A stretch of 64,000 nt of DNA. Source: an uncultured candidate division Zixibacteria bacterium (GTDB lineage Bacteria > Zixibacteria > MSB-5A5 > GN15 > PGXB01). The position numbers were made by a program, and so were the translations under genes. This document shows, one piece after another, positions 51,728-62,187 of this stretch. The notes beneath the pieces are model-generated. The model made no database searches and was not told the DNA's origin. It saw only the letters and a list, made by a program, of their open reading frames with translations. How positions within the stretch are numbered: position 1 is the first letter of the stretch; each line of letters begins with the position of its first letter. Where the stretch lies: assembly GCA_963702205.1 (NCBI GenBank), contig OY969724.1, positions 2,880,001-2,944,000 on the forward strand, written 5' to 3'.

Positions 51728-52866
51728 TGAAACGGCGCTTGTTTATGAAATGTCTCGGCTGCACCATGGCCGCCACGGCCCTGACCCAGACCGATCTTCT
51801 TCCCCCGGCTCTGGGCGGCCTTCAAAACGCTATGGCCTTTGACTATACTACCGAACTTTCTTCAGTCGAGGCGCGATATTACGAAAAACAGCCGGGAGGC
51901 GGCATCAAGTGTAAGCTTTGTCCACGCAACTGCCTGGTGACCGATCTGGAACGAGGCTACTGCGGGGTGCGCGAAAACCGTGGCGACATCTATCATACCC
52001 TCGTCTATGCGAGACCGTGCTCGATGAATATCGACCCGATCGAGAAAAAACCGCTGTTTCATTTTTATCCCGGCTCGCAGGCGTTCTCCATCGCCACGGC
52101 CGGGTGCAATTCCAACTGCAAGTTCTGCCAGAACTGGGAAATTTCGCAGGTGCGGCCCGAACAGACACAAAACTTCGACCTGCCGCCCGAAGAAATCATC
52201 CAGATTTGCAAACAAAGAAAAATTCCGACGATAGCCTACACATATTCCGAGCCGGTGATATTTTACGAATACATGTACGACACCGCCGAACGGGGGCACA
52301 AAGACGATATCAGGTCGGTCATGATCACCGGCGGCTATATCGAATCCAAACCGCTGGCCGAGATTCAACCACACTTGGACGCCATTAAAGTTGACCTCAA
52401 AGCCATCCGGCAGGATTATTATAAAGACATCGTGCACGTCGACCTCAAGCCGGTCCTCGACGGGATAGTCCAAATCAAGAAGGCCGGGACGTGGCTGGAG
52501 CTGGTCTATCTGGTGGTGCCGACTCTCAACGACACCGAGGACGAATTCCGGGAGCTGGCGGTATGGATCAAAAACAACCTGGGGCCGGACGTCCCGCTGC
52601 ATTTCTCCCGTTTCTATCCCCAGTACCTACTGAAAGACCTTCCCCCGACCCCGCTCAAGACTCTGGAAACCGCCTGGCAGATATGCAAGGCCGAGGGGCT
52701 TCATTTTGTCTATCTCGGCAATATTCCCGGCCACGAGGCGGAATCGACCTATTGCCCCAACTGCGGTAAAATTGTTATTGGCCGCAAGGGGTTTCGCATC
52801 GTAAATTACAACCTCGACGGGAATAAATGCAAATTCTGTAAACGGGAAATACCCGGATTGTTTTGA
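51727..52866 (+). CDS. amrS: AmmeMemoRadiSam radical SAM enzyme with twin-arginine-like leader
   Basis: CKLCPRNC..GYCGVR, DPIEKKPL.HF.PG, CNSNCKFCQNWEISQ, YTYSEP, HFSRF.P, CPNC..CKFC; N-terminal KRRLFMK. Confidence 0.93.
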   Translation: MKRRLFMKCLGCTMAATALTQTDLLPPALGGLQNAMAFDYTTELSSVEARYYEKQPGGGIKCKLCPRNCLVTDLERGYCGVRENRGDIYHTLVYARPCSMNIDPIEKKPLFHFYPGSQAFSIATAGCNSNCKFCQNWEISQVRPEQTQNFDLPPEEIIQICKQRKIPTIAYTYSEPVIFYEYMYDTAERGHKDDIRSVMITGGYIESKPLAEIQPHLDAIKVDLKAIRQDYYKDIVHVDLKPVLDGIVQIKKAGTWLELVYLVVPTLNDTEDEFRELAVWIKNNLGPDVPLHFSRFYPQYLLKDLPPTPLKTLETAWQICKAEGLHFVYLGNIPGHEAESTYCPNCGKIVIGRKGFRIVNYNLDGNKCKFCKREIPGLF

Positions 52867-54996
52867 TGAAATATAAAGCCTTTCTGCTCGGCCTTTTTTC
52901 CATCACCGCCCAGGTATTTATGCTCCGTGAACTGATGGCGTCGTACGGCGGCAGCGAGCTGTACATCGGTACCGCTCTGTTCGGCTGGATGATAAGCGTG
53001 GCGCTCGGCGCACTATACGGCGGACGGAAAAACATCAATATTTCGTCCATCGTACTGTTTATAGGGTCTGCGATTCTGATTCCGGTCATGCTGCTGGCGG
53101 TCCGTTTCTCACCATTTATATTCAGCGACATCGTCGGGGAGACAATTCCCTTCACGAAAGCCGCTCCGCTTTCAGTCGCCCTCATGTTCCCGCCCGGTTT
53201 CATTTTCGGCTGGCTCTTCCCGGTCATCAACCGTGAAGGATATAAACCGTCGGAAGCCATTATACATACCTATCTGTACGAAGGCCTCGGAGCTTTCGCC
53301 GGTGGTTTGATTCTTATGTTCGCCATTGGAACGATATTTTCAACCTTCTCCCTCGCCCTGGCCTTAAGTCTGCTGATTATCCTGGGACAAATTCCAACTC
53401 AAAAGAAACCAACTCTGATAATCGCAGCAATCATCTTCATTGCCGGTGCTGCGGCACTTGCACTGTCAACCGATAAAATAGAAACTTCTATCGACAGCCA
53501 TAAGTACACCGGCTACGACATTTTCTCTTCATTCGACACTCATTACGGCCACCAGTCGATTTTAAGCAAAGACAGCTCGTTAATCCTGATGACCGATAAT
53601 TTCGTGGAAGCTACCCTGCCGAACAAAGAAGCATCGGAGTACGACATCATCCCGCCGCTGTTGTATCGCCCTCAAAGTACTGATCTATTATATATCGGTC
53701 GTGCCGAATTCGGGGCGGCGCAACTGGCCGAACGATTTCCGAACCTTGCAATCCGCGATCTCGACTCGCGCAAGAATCTTGATTCCAAACTCGCTAAGTT
53801 GATAAATCCCGGGACATCTGTGACGCGCATCGACACCGACCCGGTTTCTTTCATGCGGGAAGCCGTGCAGGTTAAACGCTTCGACGCCGTCATCATGCAC
53901 GTCGGTGAACCCTCCTCTTTTGCAACAGCTAATCTTTATGGGACCGGATTTTTCGTGTCGATCCGAAACGTGTTGAAACCGGGCGGCCTATTGTACATTC
54001 CCACCTCATATGACACCGACCGATACATCCTGCCGGAAAAGCAAAAAATAATATCGACCATCTATGCCGGTCTCAAAAAATCGTTTAAGCATGTCACGGT
54101 CTGGCCCGGCCAAAACACGCTCTTTTTCGCGTCCGATGATTCAATTCTCAATATTGCACCGTCGGATATTATCTCCCGGCTCGACAGTCTTCCGTACACT
54201 CCGACCTATATTGACAGCTATTTTTTGCAGGACCGTCTCAACGATTTTAAAATATCACGCCTGCATTCGGCGCTGAACAATCCGTCGCAGCCGCAAACAG
54301 TACAACACCCGATCCTGCCGATCTATGAAACCATGTTTCAATCGCGGGCGCACGGGTCCGATGACCGTATTATCCCGCTTTTATTGGATAATCCATACAC
54401 CGCCTCGGTAGTCGGAATAATTATACTCGCGCTGTTTTGTATGACCGTTTTTAACACGCATCGGACACGCATGTACGGTTTGTTTTTTGTACTTTGTGGC
54501 CGGGTTTGCCTCGTTGCTGCTGGAGCTGGTCGTATTCTATATTTATCAATCGACGTCGGGATCGCTCTATTCGGACATGGGGATATTGATCGGTGTTTTC
54601 ATGCTCGGCCTGGCCGGCGGGACGTACTATTCCGACCGCATCGACACACACAACATCGAAATACCCGCCATCCTCATGCTCCTGACCGCCACCGTCATCT
54701 ATATGGCGACCTGGCAGAAAATCGACCATCGCATCTTTTTGATTTACAACGCGCTGTTTATCGGGACAGCGGCGCTCGCCACCGGGACGATTTTTGTCGG
54801 GGCGACACGGCGTTTCTATTTCGGACGGGCCTACGCCAACCGGGGCGAGGGATATGCACTTGAAATCGCCGGTTCCGGCCTTGCGGCCCTTACCGCTTTA
54901 ACTCTCGGCCTGCCGCTTCTGGGTCTCGGCTGGCTATTGGGCTCGGTCTTGATTCTCGGCGTTTTAACACTGGCGGGAGCGATAATTACACAGTAG
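52863..54996 (+). pseudogene. polytopic membrane protein with spermidine-synthase-like domain, split by one extra T at 54483-54488 (possibly a sequencing error)
   Basis: Q..MLREL...GGSEL, Y.YEGLGAF.GG TM block; FDAVI, LKPGG; 5 Ts instead of 6 join it to ORF 54487-54996 (LLELV..YQS..G.LY, YALEI.GS). Confidence 0.75.
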
Positions 54997-55005
54997 ATTC
55001 AGAAT

Positions 55006-55677
55006 ATGAATAAGAAAATAACCGGTCGGTACATCCTATTCCTCAACAACCACTATCCTTCAAATAACAACGGATTCTATATTAAGCTGTTGAAAAGCCG
55101 ATGTACTATAGCCGTCGACGGAGGCGTGCGCTTTTTCATCAGGAACAAAATTGTCCCCGACTACTTACTCGGCGATTTCGATTCCGCCCCCGGAATCCCC
55201 AAAAGCCTGAAGGACAAGACAACCGTCATTACCCACCCGTCACACAAAGACAAAACCGACAGCCAGCTCGCGGTCGAATTGGCGCTCGAAAACGGCGCCA
55301 CCGAGATTATCATCTGCGGCGCGGCAAGCATCGACGAGATCGACCACACCCTCGGCAATGTATTTCTATTGGAATTGATCGCCAATATCGCTGCAAAGTC
55401 AAAGCAAAAAGTGAGCGCAAAACTGGTCCACCCGCGCTGGGAGGCATTTCTCGCCCGAAACGAAACCGTAACAATCGCCGGTCGGCCGGGCGACTATCTT
55501 TCTATACTGCCGCTTTCATCCGGTTGCCGGGTGGAATTTTCGGGACTTTCCTACCCCGCCCCCAAACGGGCTTTGAAAGTCGGCGATACGATCAGCCTGC
55601 GCAATCAATTGATGGGATCCCGCGCTCGGATCAAAATCCGGGGCAAAGCCCTGGTAATAAAATCCGATAATAAATAG
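55006..55677 (+). CDS. thiN: thiamine diphosphokinase
   Basis: IAVDGG, PDYLLGDFDS, KDKTDSQLA, DHTLGN, GLSYP. Confidence 0.92.
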   Translation: MNKKITGRYILFLNNHYPSNNNGFYIKLLKSRCTIAVDGGVRFFIRNKIVPDYLLGDFDSAPGIPKSLKDKTTVITHPSHKDKTDSQLAVELALENGATEIIICGAASIDEIDHTLGNVFLLELIANIAAKSKQKVSAKLVHPRWEAFLARNETVTIAGRPGDYLSILPLSSGCRVEFSGLSYPAPKRALKVGDTISLRNQLMGSRARIKIRGKALVIKSDNK

Positions 55678-55704
55678 ACGACCTTTCAGGGTCATAAAAA
55701 AGAA

Positions 55705-55732
55705 TTGACAATTGGCCGAATAGATATATATT
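55705..55732 (+). promoter_or_regulatory. predicted sigma70 promoter of tRNA-Gln
   Basis: TTGACA-16 nt-TATATT. Confidence 0.65.
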
Positions 55733-55793
55733 CGCCGATTGAAAGCCCGTCTTAACAGACGGGTTCATTAAAAATAGGTATCTTCTAGGTTTC

Positions 55794-55864
55794 TGGGGGA
55801 TCGTCCAACGGCAGGACATGCGGCTCTGGACCGTAGTATCGGGGTTCGAATCCCTGTCCCCCAG
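55794..55864 (+). tRNA. tRNA-Gln(CTG), CCA not encoded
   Basis: TGGGGGA/TCCCCCA acceptor stem, TGCGG-CTCTGGA-CCGTA anticodon arm, GGTTCGAATCC. Confidence 0.95.
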
Positions 55865-55913
55865 CTTTTTTATTGGAAGAACCTCCCGGCACGTATTATA
55901 TCATAATTACATT

Positions 55914-56825
55914 ATGAAATCCAAATCTGACCTCATAACCCTGCTTGGTCCCTTTCCGGAGAAAGCGCCACAGGATGCGACTATCGAAGATTCAACCGAC
56001 CATGGTTCATTCACCCTCGAAAAAGTTTCGTACAACGTCGAGCCGGGTGAACGTATTTCCGCGTATGTATTAATCCCCAAAAAGCTTAAAGCCAAAGCCC
56101 CGGCCGTCTTTTGTCATCATCAGCACGCCGGGAATTATGCTCTCGGTAAAAGTGAGGTCGTTGGTCTTGACGGCGATCCCACGCAGGCGTACGCCCGCGA
56201 ATTGGCCGAACGCGGATATATTACTTTCGCACCCGATGCCGTCGGTTTTGAAGAGCGCGCTCGCGGCGATCCGCCGGAAATCCACGCCTATTTTGATCTG
56301 GCCGCACGGCTGGTCAGCGGTCGGACCTTATTGGCCAAAGTACTGCACGATGTCTCGGTCGGACTGGATTATCTCGTCTCGCGCGATGACGTCGATGCGC
56401 ATAAATTCGGTTTCATCGGTCATTCCTACGGTGGCCGTATGGCTATCTGGGCGCAGGCGTTCGACAACAGGATAAAAGCCTCGGTTTCGAATTGCGGGTG
56501 CATCAGCTATCGTGAATCCCTATCCGAGGATACCGGCATACAAACCGAATTCTGTGTTCCGAGAATTATGGAGTGGGGCGATATTGAAGACGTTATCAAA
56601 TTGATTGCGCCTCGGGCGATTTTGATTTCGGCGGCGAAACGGGACAAATGGAGTCGAGGCGCTAAAGAATTGTATGACACAGCCCAATTATCCTTTCCCC
56701 CCGGTCAACTGGACCTCGCCCTCTATCCCGGCGGCCACGCTTTTACGATAGAAATGCGCCAGAGGGCCTACAACTTCCTTGATAGCCATTTACTGGAACA
56801 ATCCACCCGACCAGCCGCCAGATAG
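55914..56825 (+). CDS. alpha/beta hydrolase (dienelactone hydrolase-like)
   Basis: HQHAG, APDAVGFEER, GHSYGG, PGGHAF; start at ATG 55914 (the longer ORF runs through the tRNA). Confidence 0.88.
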   Translation: MKSKSDLITLLGPFPEKAPQDATIEDSTDHGSFTLEKVSYNVEPGERISAYVLIPKKLKAKAPAVFCHHQHAGNYALGKSEVVGLDGDPTQAYARELAERGYITFAPDAVGFEERARGDPPEIHAYFDLAARLVSGRTLLAKVLHDVSVGLDYLVSRDDVDAHKFGFIGHSYGGRMAIWAQAFDNRIKASVSNCGCISYRESLSEDTGIQTEFCVPRIMEWGDIEDVIKLIAPRAILISAAKRDKWSRGAKELYDTAQLSFPPGQLDLALYPGGHAFTIEMRQRAYNFLDSHLLEQSTRPAAR

Positions 56826-56897
56826 GTCTTGACAACCCCGTCAGACCGGATATTTATTTCCGGCTATGTGCAACTTGGCGAAGCAGGATTGTCCACA

Positions 56898-57851
56898 ATG
56901 ACGCCGTCAGCATCTGAACCCGCAATCCGAATTCAGGCGCTTGTTAAGTGCTATGCCGGGTCGGCTGTGGCGGCCGTGGATGGAATCGACCTTGAGGTGC
57001 ACCACGGCGAAATCTTCGGTCTTCTCGGACCGAACGGTGCCGGAAAGACCACGACCATCGGCGTTTGCACAACTCGCGTTATTGCCACATCGGGTAGCGT
57101 CCGGGTGGTCGGAGTGGATGTTGCGTCGGATCCGGCTCGTACGAAACGATTCATCGGGGTTGTCACCCAGTACAGCACGCTCGACCGCTCGCTGACGGCT
57201 TTCGAAAATCTTTATTATCACGCGCGCTATTTTGGCGTGAATCGTCCGGAGGCTCGACGCGCCGCTGATGAATTTCTGGAGCGTTTTCAGCTTGCCGATT
57301 CGGCGGAAAAGATGCCCGATGCGCTTTCCGGCGGTATGGCCCAGCGTCTCCAGATCGCCCGGGCCATCGGTCACGGTCCTCAGGTTCTCTTTCTGGACGA
57401 ACCGACCGCCGGGCTCGACCCGCAAAGCCGACTGGGCCTCTGGGACCTTGTAAGGGAGTTGCGAGAGCAGGGTACGACAATCCTTCTTACGACGCACAAC
57501 ATGATGGAAGCCGATGAATTGTGTGACCGGGTGGCAATTATCGATCACGGCCACATCCTCGTATGCGACACTCCTGAGCGCCTCAAGCAGAACACAGATT
57601 CCAAGACCGAGATACATCTCACTCTCCAGGAATCATCCCCGGAACTAATGGAAGATCTTCGCAACCTCAGCGGTATTGACTCCGCGGTGGCCGTCCCCGA
57701 CGGTATCCGAGTTCTGGCATCGGGTCGCGACGGTCTGCTTCAAAGAATCGTTGAAACGGCCCGCGGCCACGCCCTGCGCAATGTCACAATCAAGGAACCG
57801 ACCCTTGAGACGGTGTTCATTGGATTGACCGGGAGGGCTCTACGTGATTAA
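56898..57851 (+). CDS. ABC-2 type exporter ATP-binding protein (DrrA/NodI-like)
   Basis: GPNGAGKTT, LSGGM, LFLDEPT, TTH, PTLE.VF..LTG. Confidence 0.95.
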   Translation: MTPSASEPAIRIQALVKCYAGSAVAAVDGIDLEVHHGEIFGLLGPNGAGKTTTIGVCTTRVIATSGSVRVVGVDVASDPARTKRFIGVVTQYSTLDRSLTAFENLYYHARYFGVNRPEARRAADEFLERFQLADSAEKMPDALSGGMAQRLQIARAIGHGPQVLFLDEPTAGLDPQSRLGLWDLVRELREQGTTILLTTHNMMEADELCDRVAIIDHGHILVCDTPERLKQNTDSKTEIHLTLQESSPELMEDLRNLSGIDSAVAVPDGIRVLASGRDGLLQRIVETARGHALRNVTIKEPTLETVFIGLTGRALRD

Positions 57852-58672
57852 TACCATGAAAACTCTGACAGGCGGGCGGGTGCGCATTTATGCCAGGGCA
57901 TTCGGCGGCCTTCTGGCCCGCGATACCCGCGTACTGCGACGCGATTTTGTCCCATTTCTTTTGCGTACGGTCATGAACCCGATCATGTTTACATTCGTCT
58001 TTGCCTTTGTATTCCCGAAAATCGGCGAAGGATTTCATTCGGGAGGAAGTGAAAATTTCGCTACGATTCTGCTTCCCGGACTGGTGGCGGTCGCCATGAT
58101 TTTTCAGGGCATTGCCGCAGTGGCCTTGCCGCTGGTCAATGAGTTCGGACGCACCCGAGAGATCGAGGATCGTATCATGGCCCCGCTTCCCGTCTCAGGC
58201 GTGGCGCTCGAAAAAATCGCTTTCGGCGCCATACAAAGTGTCGTGGCGGCTCTGGTCGTCTTTCCCGTGGTTTCCGTAATTCCGGCCACGCCCGTCGCCG
58301 TGCACGTGGCCAATTGGCCGCTTCTCGTTATCGGTACTCATACTCGCGAGTCTGATCTCAGGGGCCTTCGGTCTGGTGATCGGGACGCTCTTCCGTCCCC
58401 AGCAGGTACCTCTTATCTTCTCCATCATCGTAATCCCGGTGACATTTTTGGGTTGCGTGTACTATCCCTGGCGACTGTTGACACCCCTGCCGGTTCTTAA
58501 ATATGCCGTCCTGATTAACCCCGTTGTCTACGTGAGCGAAGCGCTCCGCGCCTCTTTGACGCCGGACATACCGCACATGCCGGCACCCGTTTTCCTCATT
58601 GCAATGACATTATTGCTTGTACTATTGGCTCTCGCCGGAGTGCGCTCGTTCCTCCACCGCGTGACGTCTTGA
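57844..58672 (+). pseudogene. ABC-2 type permease split by a +1 frameshift near 58330-58334 (possibly a sequencing error)
   Basis: LLPGLVA, IEDRIMAP; continues in the frame of ORF 58376-58672 (FLGCVYYPW, INP..Y.SEALR). Confidence 0.8.
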
Positions 58673-58696
58673 TTGTGATATTACGGTTAAAAATCC

Positions 58697-58807
58697 GTAG
58701 GTCACCCCGACTTGCCGAAGGCCCTGCCTGCGCTGAGTCTTCGAAGTCTTGGTAGATCGAACCCCCCGTCGCAGACACTGAGCCTTGCGAAGTGCGGTTT
58801 CGACATC
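58697..58807 (+). repeat. composite GTAG REP-like element
   Basis: GTAG-GTCACCCC... then GTAG-ATCGAACC...GGTTTCGAC-ATC with nested modules. Confidence 0.7.
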
Positions 58808-58829
58808 TTCTTTGCACGTCTTCCCGGCC

Positions 58830-59282
58830 TCAGAACATCAAATGCAGATCCGAACCGGTCGCTTTCTTCATAAAATCACCGGCAAGCATGATTTCCACAC
58901 CTTCCATAAAGTCATCCTTGCCAAGATCGAACAAATCGGCGCTCGTCTTACACGCCAGAAATTTGACTCCCTCAAATTGTGCCATCTGAAGCATATCCTC
59001 TATGAAGGGGATGTCCTTGCGATCCATTTTGTCCCGAAGTTCGGTCGTGTAGCGATCGACTTCGTCTTCCGATGGGTCAACCCCGGTCGGATAGTAGCGC
59101 AGTTGTTCGAGATGCCCCGGACGAATCATGTGAAGGCCCTCAAAGGTGAAATAGATCATGGTCTCGAAGCCTAACCGCGCGGAATTGAGCGCGATGATCA
59201 GCAAGCCGAACGCGCTTTGCATTGTAAAATTCGTACACACTAATGCAACTCGTCTATGGTGAGCGGTTGAGTCGCTGTTCAT
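58830..59282 (-). CDS. DsrE/DrsE-2-like family protein
   Basis: YFTFEGL, GVKFLACKTS.DLF, F...A..SD..L. Confidence 0.8.
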   Translation of the reverse strand: MNSDSTAHHRRVALVCTNFTMQSAFGLLIIALNSARLGFETMIYFTFEGLHMIRPGHLEQLRYYPTGVDPSEDEVDRYTTELRDKMDRKDIPFIEDMLQMAQFEGVKFLACKTSADLFDLGKDDFMEGVEIMLAGDFMKKATGSDLHLMF

Positions 59283-59392
59283 AAGACGCCTCCTTATTTA
59301 TTAAACCAACCGGACACAAGTCCCGGCTCCCGTTTCGTTATCCAAATATTCAGTTTGATTTATTATACAGAAATTATATGAAGAAAGTCTTG

Positions 59393-59497
59393 GCAGGTTG
59401 AAACCCTGCCGAAAGTCACGGGCGAAGAGAGGGAGGTTTCGACATCTTCATTGCACATTTTCCGGTTTTAGCAAACCCGACATAGAATGTCGGGCCA
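59393..59497 (+). repeat. REP-like element pair
   Basis: GCAG-GTTGAAACC...GGTTTCGAC-ATC followed by CCCGACATAGAATGTCGGG, as at 12521-12603. Confidence 0.75.
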
Positions 59498-59666
59498 ATC
59501 ACGAGCATTCATCATTCGAGAAATTTTTGGAGGACGGATATTATCAAAATGATTGGGGCACAAGCGAAATATTAGATTTCGATGGCGATTTTGGAGAATA
59601 AAATCTTTCGAAGCTTCAGAATCTTATAAGGGGAAAGAATAATCCACTTAATCCCAAATAGTTCAC

Positions 59667-60188
59667 TCACTCCTTGCCAATACTAACTTCATTACTTTCA
59701 CAAATAAATTCCATATATTTATTCGTAGCGTCCTCTAATATTGCGCCATCAAATATAATCTTTATTGAATAGGTTTCGGATTTATTCAACTTATATAACT
59801 CTTCAATTGAGTATGGATATTTATAAATCCTGGACTCTTGAGGTCTTAGCTCTATAAAATTGACCGCGCATTTAAAATGATACCTAAGACTCGCTTGTAT
59901 TTCTTTTCCATTAGCAGCCAATAGTTTTGGCCTTACATTTCGTCCAAAACAGGTAGGTTCCATTATCGTTATATTTCTTGTACTAATATTTTTAATTTCA
60001 TATTGCATGTCATGGACACTTTCCCCCATCATAGTAGTATCTACAAATAGTACCATTGTCGCAAGTTTATCAATATTATACATATTTGGTAGAGCACGTT
60101 CTGTGTACTTAGGCGTACAGCTTGTAAATGTACATAATAATGCTAATAATACATAGAATGAGCATCTGCTTAAAGTAATGTGGTCCAT
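59667..60188 (-). CDS. hypothetical lipoprotein, very AT-rich gene, beta-sandwich-like
   Basis: AGGAG RBS; lipobox FTSC; I.N.S...I......L.P.ES......Y.I...F....ESN. Confidence 0.7.
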   Translation of the reverse strand: MDHITLSRCSFYVLLALLCTFTSCTPKYTERALPNMYNIDKLATMVLFVDTTMMGESVHDMQYEIKNISTRNITIMEPTCFGRNVRPKLLAANGKEIQASLRYHFKCAVNFIELRPQESRIYKYPYSIEELYKLNKSETYSIKIIFDGAILEDATNKYMEFICESNEVSIGKE

Positions 60189-60671
60189 ACTTTAATATCT
60201 CCTGGGCAATAAATAATACCATTTTCCCCATCCATAGTCATGCCATACTGGATTCGAATATGGGTATACCATATTGGCTGAATTAACCGGTAACACACCC
60301 TTCCAGGGTGTGGGGCGTTGTTTTTGATCATCACACTATCCCGCGAACCCCCGTTCTTTTCCATTATGATAGTTCAATATAGGCCTGTCGCCGCCCCGAT
60401 GGCAACATCAAAATGTCTACCAACCTATTGTTGTTTCTGCTCGTCCCCCTTTATAGAGGCCTATAATTATGTCAAAGACAAATGAAAAATATTACCTTCC
60501 GAGAAAGGTCGGCGACGAAATTACAAAAAATGAACGATTAAAACTACAGATTGCTTCATGACGGCTCAATCGAAAAAATTAAATTTTAGGAATTCGAACC
60601 CATTTCGCTGCAAGAAGAATCCATATACCGACTTACGCGCCATCATGGAGCGTACTACTCTACAATATATA

Positions 60672-61376
60672 CTACTCCACCATCACCAGTGTGCCGTCAC
60701 GGTACAGGTTCTCTTCGATTATAGTACCGTCGAAGCTGTATGTCACCCACTTGCCTTGTTTCTTGCCATCGACCTTACGGCCAACCTTGAATTGCGTGCA
60801 GCCCTTATTGGTTTCGATCCACAACTCCAGTGTTTTGATATAAAAGGAACCTTCCGGGCAGCAGGGGCCATATTTTTCCCCGGCGCAAAAGTCGATGCAC
60901 TCGTCACCGTACAGGTAGAATTTCTGCCCGGTCATGTTTATCCCCGGATTGCTGGGATCATCACCCGGCTTGAACCACGTACACAATCCGTGCAATTTAC
61001 CGTTGTCATAGTACAAAATCTTCGACCGAGATCCATCGGGATACCAGGCGATATCCCGGCCTTGCAGCACGCCGACACGGTAAGTCGTTTCTTCGACCCG
61101 TTGCCCATCCTCGGCCCATTTTATCCAGACACCATCTTTGGCATTCCAATCGTAGCGCCCGTCTTCTTTAAGCTGTCCGTTATCATACCACGAGTGGTAG
61201 TCGCCATGTTTGAGAAATCCCTTTTCGTTGCCATTGAAACGGGCCCTGGCATACCACTCTTTAGGCTGGCCGTCGGGATAAGACGTCTTCACCGTGTCAT
61301 AATCAGTCGAATACCAGGCGCGGACAGCCGGCGACATCGCTAAAAGCGCAAAAATAAATATGATGATCTTCTTCAT
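60672..61376 (-). CDS. secreted MORN-variant (YwqK-like) repeat protein
   Basis: Signal peptide; repeated G....WY.NG/DG.......Y..G units. Confidence 0.85.
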   Translation of the reverse strand: MKKIIIFIFALLAMSPAVRAWYSTDYDTVKTSYPDGQPKEWYARARFNGNEKGFLKHGDYHSWYDNGQLKEDGRYDWNAKDGVWIKWAEDGQRVEETTYRVGVLQGRDIAWYPDGSRSKILYYDNGKLHGLCTWFKPGDDPSNPGINMTGQKFYLYGDECIDFCAGEKYGPCCPEGSFYIKTLELWIETNKGCTQFKVGRKVDGKKQGKWVTYSFDGTIIEENLYRDGTLVMVE

Positions 61377-61527
61377 GATGCTCTTAATTCTCCCATAATG
61401 CTATGAACAGACGCGCTTTTAAATATTACAAATTATTCGCCTCCCACGCCAACTATTTTTCGTATTACAGGTTAATCATATATTGCGATGCCCGTTGTTA
61501 TGTTTTATAATCGGCGAAGAGAAAACG

Positions 61528-62184
61528 TTGGAAACCGGAGAAACGAAACTGCCCGAACCACAAATACAAGATACTGATCAGGTGGCATTGACGCCGCCGG
61601 AAGCAACGGTTGAGAAAAAGTCCGGCAACGGCTTTGTCTCGATCGCCGTCACGGCCGGAATCATAATCTCAGGATTGATTATCGTCGGTATTTTCAAAGA
61701 CGAAATCAACGGTTTCGGCGCGGATATTATGCGCCGCTATGGCCAGACGCAGGTCGATATAATCCTGTATTTCATTACCGCCATCTCGGCCAGCCCGCTG
61801 GTTCTTCCGATCTGGCAGTACGTGATGATCGGCGTCGCGATGGGCTACAGCATAGTCCGGCTGTCGATCGTCATGGCGCTCGGTTCGGCTACCGGGTCGG
61901 TTATCACATATTATATCGGGCGCTATTTCGGCAATTCCAAGTTCATAACGAAGAAATTTCCCAAAGCCCATAATCATCCCTGGGTCGAGGGTCGCTCCAA
62001 ATGGTTTGTCACCGGCGCTTTGTTTCTGGGGACGGCCTCACCGATACCGTTCGACATTCTCTACTTCGCCTGCGGGATAAAGCGCTACCCGGTCGGTTTG
62101 CTTTTTGTCGCCTGTGTGGCCGGGCGAATCATTCGCTATTTATATCTTGGTTATGGCTTCGGCTTTTTCAGCCGGTGGATGTGA
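61528..62184 (+). CDS. DedA/VTT-domain membrane protein
   Basis: ALGSATGS.ITYYIGR, SPIPFD, G..RY....F...V.GRIIRY; start uncertain. Confidence 0.85.
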   Translation: METGETKLPEPQIQDTDQVALTPPEATVEKKSGNGFVSIAVTAGIIISGLIIVGIFKDEINGFGADIMRRYGQTQVDIILYFITAISASPLVLPIWQYVMIGVAMGYSIVRLSIVMALGSATGSVITYYIGRYFGNSKFITKKFPKAHNHPWVEGRSKWFVTGALFLGTASPIPFDILYFACGIKRYPVGLLFVACVAGRIIRYLYLGYGFGFFSRWM

Positions 62185-62187
62185 TTT

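Noticed and set aside
60672..61376. Toxin-antitoxin locus around the YwqK-like protein
   Set aside because: No adjacent toxin gene; MORN-variant repeats are widespread in secreted proteins.
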